Origin: Calcarisporiella thermophila CBS 279.70
Taxonomy: Eukaryota > Fungi > Calcarisporiellomycota
NCBI RefSeq assembly: GCF_041956535.1
Contig: NW_027192210.1
Location: 581,196 to 630,025, forward strand
DNA length: 48,830 nt
Reading direction: 5' to 3'
Below are positions 35,029 through 47,852 of the stretch, piece by piece; position 1 is the stretch's first letter, and the number at the start of each line of letters is the position of its first letter. The notes beneath the pieces are model-generated. The model had not been told where the DNA came from. It did not search any database and saw only the letters and a list, made by a program, of their open reading frames with translations. The translations under genes and the position numbers were made by a program.

Positions 35029-37922
35029 CTTCAAGTGCAATGGTTGGGGTGAAGAGTAAAAGAGTTGAGGGGAAAAGTGAAAGGAGGAGAGAGAAACCAA
35101 ATAGTATATTGCCAAAATAAAAAGAAATTGTGGCCTCGGAGATTTTTATATCTGTGGCGAATCGAGGTGGCATTAATAAAAGCAATCTCTAGGGGAGAAA
35201 CGCCCAACAAATATTTACCACGCCAAGTCTACGTCCAATGGTGAAGAGGAGGGTTCATGAAACTTCATGCCTTGGCATTGAAAAAAGCATGGGGAGACAG
35301 CTGAATCTGAGTAGCTGGTGGATAGACTTTACATATCCGTGACGTACTTCTGCAGTGCAAAATAGACATGGTTTCGTATTGCTCGACCTAATGGTCAAAC
35401 TATGCATCTTTATTCATCTCTTGGTTTTTCGAGGAAAATGGATTGGCCTTTTCTTCGTTACTCTATTTGTTCGAACGCCCTAAAGGCGAAGTTGAATATG
35501 GCATGGTTCTAGTCTGATACGACATGAAACCTATTCCCTAAGATAGAGTAGTAGACGGGGTGTGGGGTCTTGGATTTGGAGGCAAAGAAACTTTTCATTT
35601 TTAGCCTTGATTTCTCAAATTTTTCGTTATGTCAGTGTGTAGAAGAAAGCTGTCAGAATTTGCATCCGCCCTCGCCATGTGCCTGGAAAAGAGCACAGGC
35701 AAGTTCATCAATGAAAAAGTGGCCGGGGGTCAACCCGATCGCTTCTTCCGCCTCCCTTTACGGGCAGTGCAATACCACTCATCGACCAGCTTAAACTGTG
35801 TGTCTCTGTTGGAAAACAAAGACGAAGGTTAACAACTGTATACAGATCCTGTAAAGTACAGTCGATGGGGAACATGTAAACACGAAGCTGTGCCTTTTAT
35901 AATGGATTGAGCAAAGCCTATTCCAAGCAGCGATATGGGATTTAGTATTCAATCTATATTCCTATTTGTCGGATTGAGGGTGGATTGGTTCTCCGCCCAA
36001 TTTTCTATACCCGAACACTGGGATCAATTTAAATAGCCAGCTGAGCTGAAAAAAAATTTCAAGCGTCTGCTCCATCTCGACGATAAAAGATGAATCTATG
36101 ACTCTAACCAGAAGCCCCAGTAAAACAAGGTGACTATGCAGGAAGTCAATAACCAAAATCTCTGGTTGAGCGTTGATGCAGGATTTAATTACAGCTTTGA
36201 GCAAGGAAAATGCCTGCAGAGTTTATGCAAAGGCGCATAAAAAACAAAAACACTACTTGTAACTCGGTCTAATAAATCCATTATTTTTAAGAGTGCTTTT
36301 TTTGTTCGGCTTTATTAGACAATTGGTGAATTGTGAACGATATTTCTCGTTATGCTGTCAGCTTATGATTTCGTGGCTCAGCGGATGGATAAATAGAAAG
36401 CGGCATTGAGTAAATGCAAAAAGGCCTACTCAAAACGATCAAAGATATGGGCCATTTATTTTTCGCAAACCCACCCTCTTTCTCCATATGACCAAGAGTA
36501 GATTCAAGAATCTCTAATTTGATATTTTACATGCATGACCAGATTTCTTTGCTTGAGGAGTGCTACACGATCCAATCCGTTATGTCATAGATTAGAGCCT
36601 TTCTGGGTCATGTCCTTTATTGCAATCCTGCAGTGGAAGCCGTCTCTTCGTGAGCATATGACAATAATTATTAATGGTAAGTACCCGGTGGTACACTCTG
36701 TGTTCGCGATGGGTTGATCCTAGCGCTCCCGATCTCGGAGTGGAGCATAGAGGATGGGATTGGCAGCTATGTTTGACAGTTTGAAGGTTCCTTGCACAAG
36801 AAGAAATGAATCGGATCCCCCCTACCTTTTAAACCGATCCACGCAACCATGGAAACACTGTGGCAGAATAGCGGCCTACTCTAGGGCCCATGGTTTGATC
36901 CGCCCTACGTCGATCGACGGGATGGATGGGCTCATGATAGGACACTAAGTGGGGTGTTCAGCTTATTCAAAAAAAGTTTTAAGGTTAGCACAGACGTCTA
37001 CTTAAACCACTCGGCGAATCAAAGACAAGGTTTTAATGCCCTCATCACTCGCAAGCCGATCCTCTCAATCGCATCCGTCACTTGACCGCTTAATTTCTCG
37101 CCTTATTTTCCCCCTTTGAACAGGGGGATTATTTTTCCTAGACTGTGCGCGGCATCTGTGAGCACAAGGGGCCGGCAGGTTTGGGAGCTGGGGGCCGGAG
37201 TGCCAAGGGGGTTCAGTTGTGTAAGGTGCATCTTTATGAAAACATATCCTTACCTGCGCATCCATTAGTCGGGCTCCTCGATCCCGAGAGTTTAGATATT
37301 AAGCTAATATATGGTTTCAAGGGCGGCCCCATAGAGAGCCTAGCAGCCGGCCGTCACATGCTGAGGGGCAACAGCAAGAGTCCAGAACCGTGACGGCGCC
37401 ACTTAGATAAGATGTCTTGGACTCATTTCGAGAGATGATTTCAATATGAGATCGTTTGCTAATAAGGAAGCCCGGGCGATTGACAAACTCATTTCGTTTG
37501 AATCTGTGCCTGCAGCCGCCCAATGGCAGGGCACTCTTGCGATTCCGACCAGTAGCGGCGCGATTCGGACTTAGGGTGCTTTTGACAAATATGCAATGGG
37601 AAACCCTTGTCATCCAAGACAAGATATGATTATGCACTGCTATTAACGAGTCTAAAGCGCAGCATACAAAAAGCCTAACCTTCCGGCACTCTCCTCCTGA
37701 CGCTATGCCACTTGCCCTTCCCTTCAAACGCTAAAGCTTATATGTGTCAGGAGGCTCAAACCAAGGCCTAGCTCTCTGAATTGCTCTCCTCTCCATCGCC
37801 GCACTCTCCAGTTTGGGAACAAACCCCCTCACCGCCCCAGTCTCTCTTCTCTCCCACTACCATTAGCTCCTCTTTAATTCTGGCCCTATTGCGCTTTCGC
37901 CCTCATCCCCTCCTCTCCCATC

Positions 37923-40601
37923 ATGACTGCACACCGAATCCATTCGGCCGTATTAATGCTGCTGCTGATACTGGCCTGTCTCAGTACCTTCCATGCTGCC
38001 CCTGTTGACACCGAGTACCTTGTAAGTGCGCGCCTGGTTTCACCTTTCTCTTTCCTGATGAAAGGCTAATGGTCTTACTCGACCTTGACATGGTTGTCAC
38101 GAAAAATAAATAGGTCGGAGTTGGCATTGGAGACATCACAGGGTAAGTTACACATAACTACAGAGTATTCCATTCAATAAAATGGAGCACTGGCTAATGA
38201 ATACGTGCTGCTTCCTGGCGTTCCAATTTCAGAGTACCAGGTATGAATTATAATTAGAAAAGCAGATGGCTCATTCGAGCATGCACTAACTTCAGTCCCT
38301 GTAATAGTCGACGTACCTTTCTATGGTTACGCTAACCTCGGCCAAATAGGAGAAGGTATCCAAATGAGGCAATATGCAAGAGGTAAGGTGGTCGTGCGGA
38401 GGAGTGCGCTCTAATCTGCCTGGAGCTAATCGCCTCCATTCTGTTTATTTTGCTGCTAGCCTTTATTATCGCGGACGCAAAAAACCCTCAGAACCGGGTC
38501 GTGTATGTGTCAACGGACAGTATGAGCATTTCGCAAAATGTAAAGCGCGACGTCGTGGACGCCCTACAGAGAAAATACGGAAATGTATATAGCAACAAGA
38601 ACGTGGCCATTACCGCCACCCACACACACTCCACCCCCGGCGGGTTTGAGCAGTACATCCTATACCAGGCGACGACTGCGGGTTACCAGAAGGAGAGTGC
38701 TGCAGCACTTGCCAGCGGGATCTACAATTCGATCTCGCGCGCCCATGAGAGTCTTCAGCCTGGTCGTATCGATATGGCGGTGGGTGAGCTCTTGGACGCG
38801 AGCATCAATCGCTCTCCCTTCGCCTATGACCAGAATCCCGAGAGTGAGAAGCAGCAATACAAGTACAACACGAACAAGGAGATGACCCTGCTCAAGTTTT
38901 CCAGCGCTTCAGGCGAACTTTTGGGTGCCCTGAACTGGTACGCCGTCCATGGCACCTCTGTGAACTCGGCCAACAAGTTGGTCAGCGGCGATAACAAGGG
39001 TTATGCGGCCTATGCGGTCGAGAAAAAATTCAATCCTCCCGGCACTCTGCCCGGTAAAGGAAAGTTTGTTGCAGGGTTTGGGTTGGCGGCCGCGGGTGAC
39101 GTATCTCCCAACACACTGGGGCCCACATGTCCAGATGGCTCCCCTTGCGATTACAAATCTAGCAGCTGCAATGGGAAATCAGATACCTGCATTGCAAAGT
39201 GAGTCCCATTTGAAGTTGATCTATAAACCTTTGAAGAGGAATCGCTGACACCTATGAATATGAATTGCATTATTGTTTAGGGGACCTGGTTGGGAGAAAG
39301 GACCCTTCGAACCAATGCGGGTCATCGGCCAGCTTCAAGCCGATAAGGCCATCGAGCTCATCAATAAAGCCAACAAACCCGTCACGGGTCCGATTGATGC
39401 TCGCCATACGTTCTTTGAGATGCCCGGACGAAATATCAACTACAGCGGCCAACAAAAAAATACGTGCAAGGCCGCCATGGGATACAGCTTTGCAGCGGGT
39501 ACTACCGATGGTAAGTGGGCAATTTTCCGTCCTCCCTCTTTACATGAAGCACTTTATTTTGGAATGGAAACCAACTGTTATTTCTACTTGGATAGGCCCA
39601 GGCCTAGGTGTGTTCACACAAAACACGACGCAAGGGAACCTCTTCTGGAACACGGTGCGAACCTTCATCCATGCTCCATCGAGAGAGCAGAAGGATTGTC
39701 AGAGGACTAAGGAGATCCTTTTGGACACAGGCGAAATTGGCTTCCCGTATGCTTGGCAACCTTCCATTCTGGAGGCTCAAATCATTCGCGTTGGTTCGAT
39801 TGTGATTGCTGCGGTCCCCGCCGAGTTTACCACTATGTCGGGCCGTCGACTCTCCAACCTGATCAAGCAGACTTTGCAACAAAACAACACGCTTGGACCT
39901 GATGGCATAGTCATAGTGGCTGGCCCCTCCAACATGTACTCAAGCTATGTAGCTACCCCCGAGGAATACGTGGCCCAGCGCTATGAAGGTGGCTCTACCG
40001 CCTATGGACCGGTCACCCTGCCGGCCCATATGGAGGTTTTCAACAAACTTGCCCTCGCCATGGCCCAAAACCAGCCCGTGGAACCCGGGCCATCCCCTCC
40101 GGACTATATTCCCAAGGCTATCAATCTGCTCTTACCCAACATTCTAGATGTCCCCCATCTCGGAAAGCGATTTGGAGATGTCATCACTCCTCCTAGCTCC
40201 CACTATCCTCGGGGCAGCACGGTAGAAGTTAAATTCGTAGGCGCCAATCCACGCAATAATCTTCATTCAGAAGATACCTATCTGACCGTGGAGAAACAAG
40301 TGGGTGGGCGTTGGGTTGTCGTAAGAACGGATGCTGATTTTGATACGCATATGATTTGGAAGCGCACTATCCCTCCCAATAGCCAAACAACAATAAAATG
40401 GTTCACTGGTTCTGACACGGAACGTAAGTGTTCATGGCATCGTTTTTGAAACATTTTCCACGTATGTTCTTAGAAACTAACTGGGGTTGCTCTGCGTTTG
40501 TAGCGGGGACATATCGCATTGGGTATCGTGGAGAAAGCAAGGCGCTATTAGGCAGCATCACTCCCTTCCAAGGGTATACTGCCCCTTTTATAGTACAGTA
40601 A
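37923..40601 (+). CDS. Secreted neutral/alkaline non-lysosomal ceramidase, multi-exon
   Basis: Signal peptide. YL|VGVGIGDITG|VP|VDVPFYGYA...RQYAR|AFII, ATHTHSTPGG, INRSP, VHGTS, SGDNKG, GDVSPN, AAMGYSFAAGTTDG|PG, PAEFTTMSGRR, QRYEGGST, GANPRNN and GTYRI. Confidence 0.95.
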
Positions 40602-41206
40602 TTTAATGTAATCATACGGCTGTAATTGCTTCACCATAATCATGGTCCATTATATATATATTGACGTGTTATTTTTTATTATTATTTATATATCTCACCT
40701 AATAATTTAGATTGTCTTAATATTTTCAAAAAGGGATGATGCGTCTTCCCTAGCCTTCTAATAGTTTTCCTAATAACAAGGATTTCTATATATTTCTACC
40801 CAAGCATTTTTTAGATATTATGCTGCAAAAGCGTTATATTGAGGTGAATGTTTGTCAAATACGAAAGGAGAAAATTAGTATATTATATGTTTATGGCACC
40901 TGAATGATACTCCGATAAAGGAGTGGTTACTTGAAATGAAAGCTTCTATCGCACTGTATCCGTTCGAAGTATTTTATTCCACATACTCAACACCGATAAA
41001 CCAAACATTATCGATGTCAAAGTTCGTTATCCATTGTTATGATTTTGAAATAGAGCGATGTCCTATGAATCCTTTAATTCATCAGAGCCGCCATATTCTT
41101 TTGACAATAATATTCAATCCGCTCCCATATTAATACTCATATAATTATTGTCTCGAAAATAAATAGGATTACAACAAGAATTAAAGATTAGTAACTTGGG
41201 GTTATA

Positions 41207-43157
41207 TTAGAGCTTTGTCAACGTAACGGTAAGCTTTTCTCCATCTTTTGCCTCTTTAGTATGCACTATGTGAATCGTATTACTATCGATTTCCTCCGAT
41301 TTAGCCCAAGAAGGAGGAGAAATATTAAGCTTGTAACCTTTCGTATAAAACACGCGTTTTTGAATCTTGATCACGGTCGGAAGAGTAGCTTTGGCATTGA
41401 TATTATATTCGAGATGAAAAGAATAGTCATCGTCGTTGAAATTGTATCCAAGGATTTTGCCCGCAACGGCCGGAGCAAAAGTACGCGAATAGAGCCTTTC
41501 CATTTCGGGGCGGGCTTTTCCGGTGCTTTCATCAAAGAGCGAGTATCCACCCCCTTGTGCGAAGCTCTTGTACACCCAGCCTAGGTAGGATTGCATATAT
41601 CTGTCAGCAGCCTGTTGGACATCGAGGGTAAGCTTCTTCCGCTCGGCAGGATCTTGAATCCACCACTGGGTAAACTCGGATAAAATTCCTGAAAAGACCA
41701 AGCATATGGGCGTGTAAGTACTTGTAAGGGCAATTCACTTGTGGAGGGAGAGGGAAACTTTAGGAAAATCATACCGCCGCAATGTAGCCGCTTCAAATCC
41801 TTCATGCGACTCTTCATTGTGATATCAAGACTGACTTGTGGGGGCGCATAATAATGATAGCTGAGTCCGGTCTTATTCCTCCAGTGCGGACCTCCTGGGA
41901 CGTCGTTAAACCCGTGCTCGATATCCCAAGTAACGCCTTCTATAAAAACGATTGAATCTTGATCATGCTTTCGAATTTCTTTATGAATCCTATTGTAGAA
42001 GGGCTCAAGAGTCGTCTTATCGGCTAAAATATAATAGACCGTCCCAAAGTTAGTGGATGGGAATTGAGTTCTTGATGCGGGGATCCTTACCAACACCGGG
42101 GACTAGTAGACCTGGGTTTGCGTATGTATCTCCAGCCCATGGCTCTGTATGCACGGATATATCAGATTTGGTTACATCAGTCCATCTTGAAAGTGTAGTT
42201 ACCATTCAAAAGGTCATAGCCTATCACATTATCATATTTTCCAAAGATTTGAGCGATCCTGGCCCACTGTGCAGCAAATGCATCTGCCAAGCCATCATCG
42301 TTTCGATACCAGTGGCCAAAAGCATTTGCAACGGCGGCGCTGGTATAATACTGGAACCAATCGACGCTACCACAGTCTTTATCACTTGGAATGTATGATC
42401 CGTTGACTTTATAGGGGGACTTGATGGGGAATGGGAATTTGAACATATCGAGAACCCAGTCGCGATGTACAATCCACTATATAAGAGAAAATTAGGCGAA
42501 CTCAATTTCCAAAATGGTAAGAAGCAATATTGTTAGTTACACCAGGCGCTCCACCGCCGCAGAATTGCTCAGTCAGGACGTCTTGATCTATTATCGAATT
42601 GGTCGCGTCAATTTCTCAAGTGCTACAGTATTCCAACGCCAAGGACAGTAAAAATGGGCAGGGATACATACGCGAATCCAGTAGAACAAATATTCCATAT
42701 TTTGCACAATGTTCCACGATTTTTCTAATGGCCTCAAGGTATTTCTCATCGTATTTGCCTTTCTGCGGCTCGACACCCACCCACATTACGCCTGGGAACC
42801 AAATGTCAAGCGTTAAATGCAAGAGCAGAATAGTCTCAGCAACACTAGCTTACCCAAACGAATCATATTCACATTAAGTTCCGAGAGGATTTTTGCGTCC
42901 TCCTCTGAGAAGGAGTGTTTAACATCGAACTTATCTACCCAGGGATGGAAAGGTGGTGATTTATAAACGACGTTGGTCCCATGGAATATTACGCTACGAC
43001 CAGCCGCATCGATAAATTGACTGGTTGCGGGATCAACATAGGAGACGCGGGAGAGTGAAAGGACTAAAGGAGAGAAGTAGGCCAAGATGGTCAAGAAGAA
43101 ATAAGGAAAGGAGAGTAGTATCATTCTCGTCGAGAAAATGGATAGTGGGGTTCTCAT
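41207..43157 (-). CDS. Secreted GH5 endoglycoceramidase-like glycoside hydrolase with a C-terminal beta-sandwich, multi-exon
   Basis: Signal peptide. FIDAAGRSVIFHGTNVVYKSPP, NMIRL|GVMWVGVEPQKGKYDEKYL, LLDS|HQDV..QFCGGGAP, GYDLLN|EPWAGD (acid/base Glu), LSYHYY, ILSEF (nucleophile), GWVYK and YSRTFAPAVAG. Confidence 0.88.
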
Positions 43158-44165
43158 TTCTCGGATTTCCCTATTTATTTATGCACATGATAAGGTTTTG
43201 CTTTGATCAGAAAGTATATTTGCACATTAACTAAATTGTCTAATACAAACTGAGGAAAGACCCATAATGCTTATGAATAAGCAGTATAATGCAAAATTAA
43301 GTTGTCTGGTTATTTTTTTTCTCTCTAATAGCCCGCTATTCTGATAAAATATACAAAAGATATATGCAAAGGATGGATGAGGTTGATCTCAGGAATGCTC
43401 TTCTTTTCAAAGATCCGTGCCAAACCTTCTTTGCTCTGCGGTATGCCCTCACGTGAAAAGACGGCAAGCAAACTATACTTGAATTATATATGTGAAAAGT
43501 GTGCGCAAATAAGCCGTTTGACATAAGATATGGTACATGGGAATAGTACTAAAATGGGACAAAGGATAGGGAAAGATGAGCCAATACAAGCCTGTAGTGT
43601 TTTTTACTTTAACTTTCGATTATCAAATCTACCTCTTGTAGAACTATTATTGGGTTGAAAATGACGTTTTGAAGCGCGTTCAGCTGTGGCTTTTATATAT
43701 AGGGAAATGAGAACGAAGAATAGAAGCATAAAAAGATTCAGGGGAAAGTTTTTAGAGGGACGATGCCGATTGAACTGAGATTTGAGCCACTGAGCTTGAG
43801 TCACCGCCATTAAATATAAGACTGTGAATGGAGACATTGCAGAATCTCTGAAGGCAGCGTAAATCAAAGGAAAAGATAGAATACACTGGAGTGGAGGAAT
43901 TATGGGGTATTTGATTGTAAACCTTGACAGTAATTATAAAAAATGATCAAACGGAATCATCAATAAAATTAATTAGAATTAAATTAATTGCACTACAACA
44001 AGTATCCCTTTGAATTGAACAATTCTTAAGATTTTATTACTTCTGGTATACACTCGTAAAAGGGATTAAATGAAGCTATTCGCACTTTACGATTTACTGA
44101 TTTTACAAACGGCTCAGCTTAAAGAATAAATAGGTATATAAGACAACTATAGCTTTTAAAATTAT

Positions 44166-45524
44166 TCAGATAATTTTCAGGGAGGCTCCTAGAAGAGCAT
44201 TCAAACGAACTGTTGAGCCTGTCAGTTTCCCAAAATACCCGGCTATGTGCAGTTGGTCAGATTCCTGTAGGTGGATGAGGTCTTCGGCTCCAGGCGCCTC
44301 CACTATTGCGGGACCGTAAATACCACTTATATTAAACTTGCCCTGAAACTCTTCTTGCAGCAGTCTCATTTGAGATATTCCAAGAGCATTTGCTTTGATC
44401 TCGACTTCTTTGCTAGAAGAAATTCTGGTGCCCATATCAAACATTCCTCTGACGGCATCTAAGTGTAGCAATTCTCCAATCGTGGCATGGCCAGTGATGT
44501 TACCAAAATTGCTGCTTGCAAGAATATTCGGAGCAGCAACATCCTGTATATATATATAAAGAAATGAGCCAATCTATAAAGACCGATCAGCCAGAATCTC
44601 GCTGACCTTAAATGAAATATTTCCAACGGTTGTTCTAATTTCCACTTTCTCTCCTACTTTCAATCCACTCAGCTCATGGTTCAGAGGATGATGGAAAGAC
44701 AGAGTTTGGATATCCACTGCTTCAATATAAATAGGGAGAGTAATTGTAATTTTTCCGTGTAAACACAGTTTGGGATTTTGTGGCAATGGGCGAAACAGGC
44801 TTAGTTCATATTTCTCATTGCTCTCACTTATTTTAAATCCAACAAAATTGCCAACTAAAGATTCACTGAGCTTGATATCTAGTTGGATATTACCCTTCCT
44901 CTCAAATGATTGCACCACTTTCACTTCATAAGACTGTTTTTAGAAAAATAATAATTCGTAAGGAGGAATATACAGATGAGTGAATTCGCTTTAAGCATAC
45001 CGAGTTGTGATAATCCATGATTTTCATTTTAAATCTAGTCTGATTAAACTGCAAATTTTTTGGCCCATGCCAAGGAAATTTAGGGACACAACTTTCGACA
45101 GAATGATCCTGAAAATTATATACGCTCAGTAAATAATCTATTTTGGGAATTTCAAAAACATACCTCTCTCCGCTCGGAGATAGTTCTCATCAATAATGGA
45201 TAGATGAACGCAAAAAGGAAAAGCAAAATCAAAGCGTATGGGTTAGGAGTGCGGTTGGTTTCACTAGTCGTAGGAGCATATTTGGGTTGCTTTGTTCCGG
45301 CATTCGTAAGGGGAGTGCGCTCATTCACTAAAATAATATGTGGCGTTGATTCTTCTGGAATTGTAATGTATATTTCTTTCATCCTAAAAAAAAAAGAGAA
45401 GCTGCTGCAATAGCAATTAGGGTTACTTGGATTTATTAGGATAGCCAAGAAATCGGTAAAAACGCGATTTATTGTGGTAAAAATTCTCTCACCGACCTAA
45501 GCGAGAATTGGAGGACAACGTCAT
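44166..45524 (-). CDS. Uncharacterised type II membrane protein with a beta-strand-repeat ectodomain (DUF4097/adhesin-like); about 5 exons
   Basis: Frame-consistent GT-AG splicing: MTLSSNSRLGR|MKEIY..ERTPL..YALILLFLFAFIYPLLM..RRE|DHSVESCVPKFPWHGP..HNS|SYEVKV..RTTVGNISFK|DVAAPNILASSNFGNITG..DAVRGMFD..LKII*. Repeated 'xTxxGxI' beta turns. The family assignment is tentative. Confidence 0.65.
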
Positions 45525-46241
45525 AAACAAGCACATTGGAAAAACTTGGTTTTCTCTAGTTTGAATAAAATGCTCAACTCCCATCTTTTCACTGCATTTA
45601 CACAAAGAAGCCACAGGATTAACAAAATAATATTGTATAACTGATTTTCATATTGAAGAATAGTTGCTTTTTAAATGTAAAGCACTTCTACTGATTACAT
45701 CCTCGTCATGTACGGATCTACCTACTAAAAACTCAATGCTTCGACATAGTCTTGCATGTGGAATGCTTTTCTTAAAGTGCTTGACAAAATGAAAGGGTTG
45801 TTTCTTCAAAATTGCGGAATATATGCCGTAGATCATAAATCAGGAGGATTGATTGGAGTCTTAACTTGGCCTATCCCCATATATTTTATAGCTCTATGTT
45901 AACAGTACATTCATAAATGACTTCAAATCATAGGGAGATAATTGGGATATATAAGAGTTTAGATGTCAAGATTACTGCACTGTGTAAAAGAAAGAGCTAG
46001 GCTGCCAAATTGTATTGGTAGATGTAGACTATAGCATTAATCCAAATAGTTTGACTCCAAAATTGAACAGTCCGGAATGCCGCAATTTCTATTGGAATGG
46101 TTTCGAAATAACTCTTCGAATATGTAAATTCACCGGGAATGATACATATATGAAGCATATTAGATTAGCATCTGCTGTAATATTTTATTTTTATATTCAA
46201 TTAATTGAAAACACAGTATTTTCATCTAAATGTAACTAGAG

Positions 46242-46610
46242 ATGGGATATATTCAATCAATTCTCCCTCTTATACTTGTAGTTACGCATCTTTCAACTAG
46301 TGTATTAGGTAGGTGCTCGGGAAGCTGTTGGGCAGCTCCATTCACCTGGGGCCCAGTTTGCAAGGGCTCGGCTGGTATATTTGGCAGCCCAGGATGGAAA
46401 CAGGGATATTCTGTTACTGCTCATAATAGTGGTGGCACCTTAGTATGTTGTCAGGGGAAGGGATATAATAGCGCCGGCAAGGAAACCTGGTATGGGCTTG
46501 GGTGCGGTACTAATCTAAAGGGGTCAGTGCCTTGGGGAAATAACGCTGCAATGCCGGCCATCAAATGCCAGGGTAATCCTACTGGAAGTATTGTATCATT
46601 TGGGTGTTAA
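46242..46610 (+). CDS. Small secreted Cys/Gly-rich protein, paralog A (122 aa, 8 Cys)
   Basis: Intronless ORF with a signal peptide. By manual alignment about 73% identical to 47853-48221 in the mature region, with all 8 Cys conserved. Confidence 0.9.
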   Translation: MGYIQSILPLILVVTHLSTSVLGRCSGSCWAAPFTWGPVCKGSAGIFGSPGWKQGYSVTAHNSGGTLVCCQGKGYNSAGKETWYGLGCGTNLKGSVPWGNNAAMPAIKCQGNPTGSIVSFGC

Positions 46611-47852
46611 TAGAATTGAATCACATTCCCATTATTGAGACCACAAAAATCTTATTGGAAATCTTTGTTTGGTATTTCACTTGATAATATTAGTAGCACT
46701 CTTGTAAGAATCCATATTGTCAAAGCAACAGCCTTACTTTTTTTGTTATACTTTGGCGATTTAACTAAGGCGAGTCAATATTATACAGTATAAAACTAAG
46801 TTAATCATCCTTCATTCAAGATGTAATACTTGGGAGACGCTCATATGGAAATCCAAATTAATTAAATGTGTGTACAACAAATTGATTCAAAGCCAATGAG
46901 TAAATTATGTGGCTACAGGAAACTGAAAGTAGTTCTTCAATTCAAATCGGAAACATAAATTCTTTTTTTAAAACGATAAAATGCTTTCACTCATAAAATC
47001 GAGTTAACTTGATTGGTTGTATTGCAAATTAAAATGGCCCCAACTACATACATACAATCATATAATTAAGTCACAGTGAAGGCTAAGTCTAGAACAGAGC
47101 CAAAAATAAGAATTTTTTGTACCTGTATTTTTTAGGCAAAGTAGCCAAGCCTAGCTTTTTAAAAATAACCCACTGCAATTGCAATAGAATTAATACCATT
47201 CATTTAAAATAATCCTAGTATTAATACATAAATTGTGTAACGGACTTCATCAATGATCGAGTTTCCACGTGGTCGTTCAAGCCACGTAACTTTTTGCATC
47301 AACGGAGGTTGTACTCGATGCTAAATAATAGGAGAACCTAGGCAGAGTAGGTCGAGGTTCTATAGCCATTGGCTTGCATCTGGCGAACAAGTTAACGAAA
47401 TGCAGAGTATTATGCCCATAGTATTTGATATATCTCGGTAATGGTATCACCCATCTCGTAATAAAAGTGGCATCACTCGTCTGGATACTTGAGAAATACG
47501 CATATTATAGAATATTTTGGCCATTGCTTGGTTAAAAAAGCGTTGCTCTTAACTAGTAAAAAAAGGAAAAAGTCTGCACTAACACAGGTATGACTAACAT
47601 GTTCCTTACAGGGTAGCTATGACCCTGATGAGAATATGAATAAATATTCGAGCAGCAACACGGCTTACTTCCGTGCTGCTACTTTATACTTCAGACTTTA
47701 TCATTTATCCGTTCTTACACAATCGCATTATGCCATTAATTCTAGGTGGTGATTACTATAAATACTGCCAGTTTTTCATGAAATTAGTTGTGCCAACATC
47801 GAGGCTCTCTTTATATATTCCTAAACAAAACTTTTGAGTTTCTAAAATTGAG

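Noticed and set aside
35962-36204. 80-aa minus-strand ORF and neighbouring short ORFs
   Set aside because: Non-ATG start, no motif, and no frame-consistent spliced model could be built.
47268-47288. ACGTGG...GTTCAA...CCACGT hairpin resembling a tRNA T-arm
   Set aside because: No acceptor, D or anticodon arms could be built around it.
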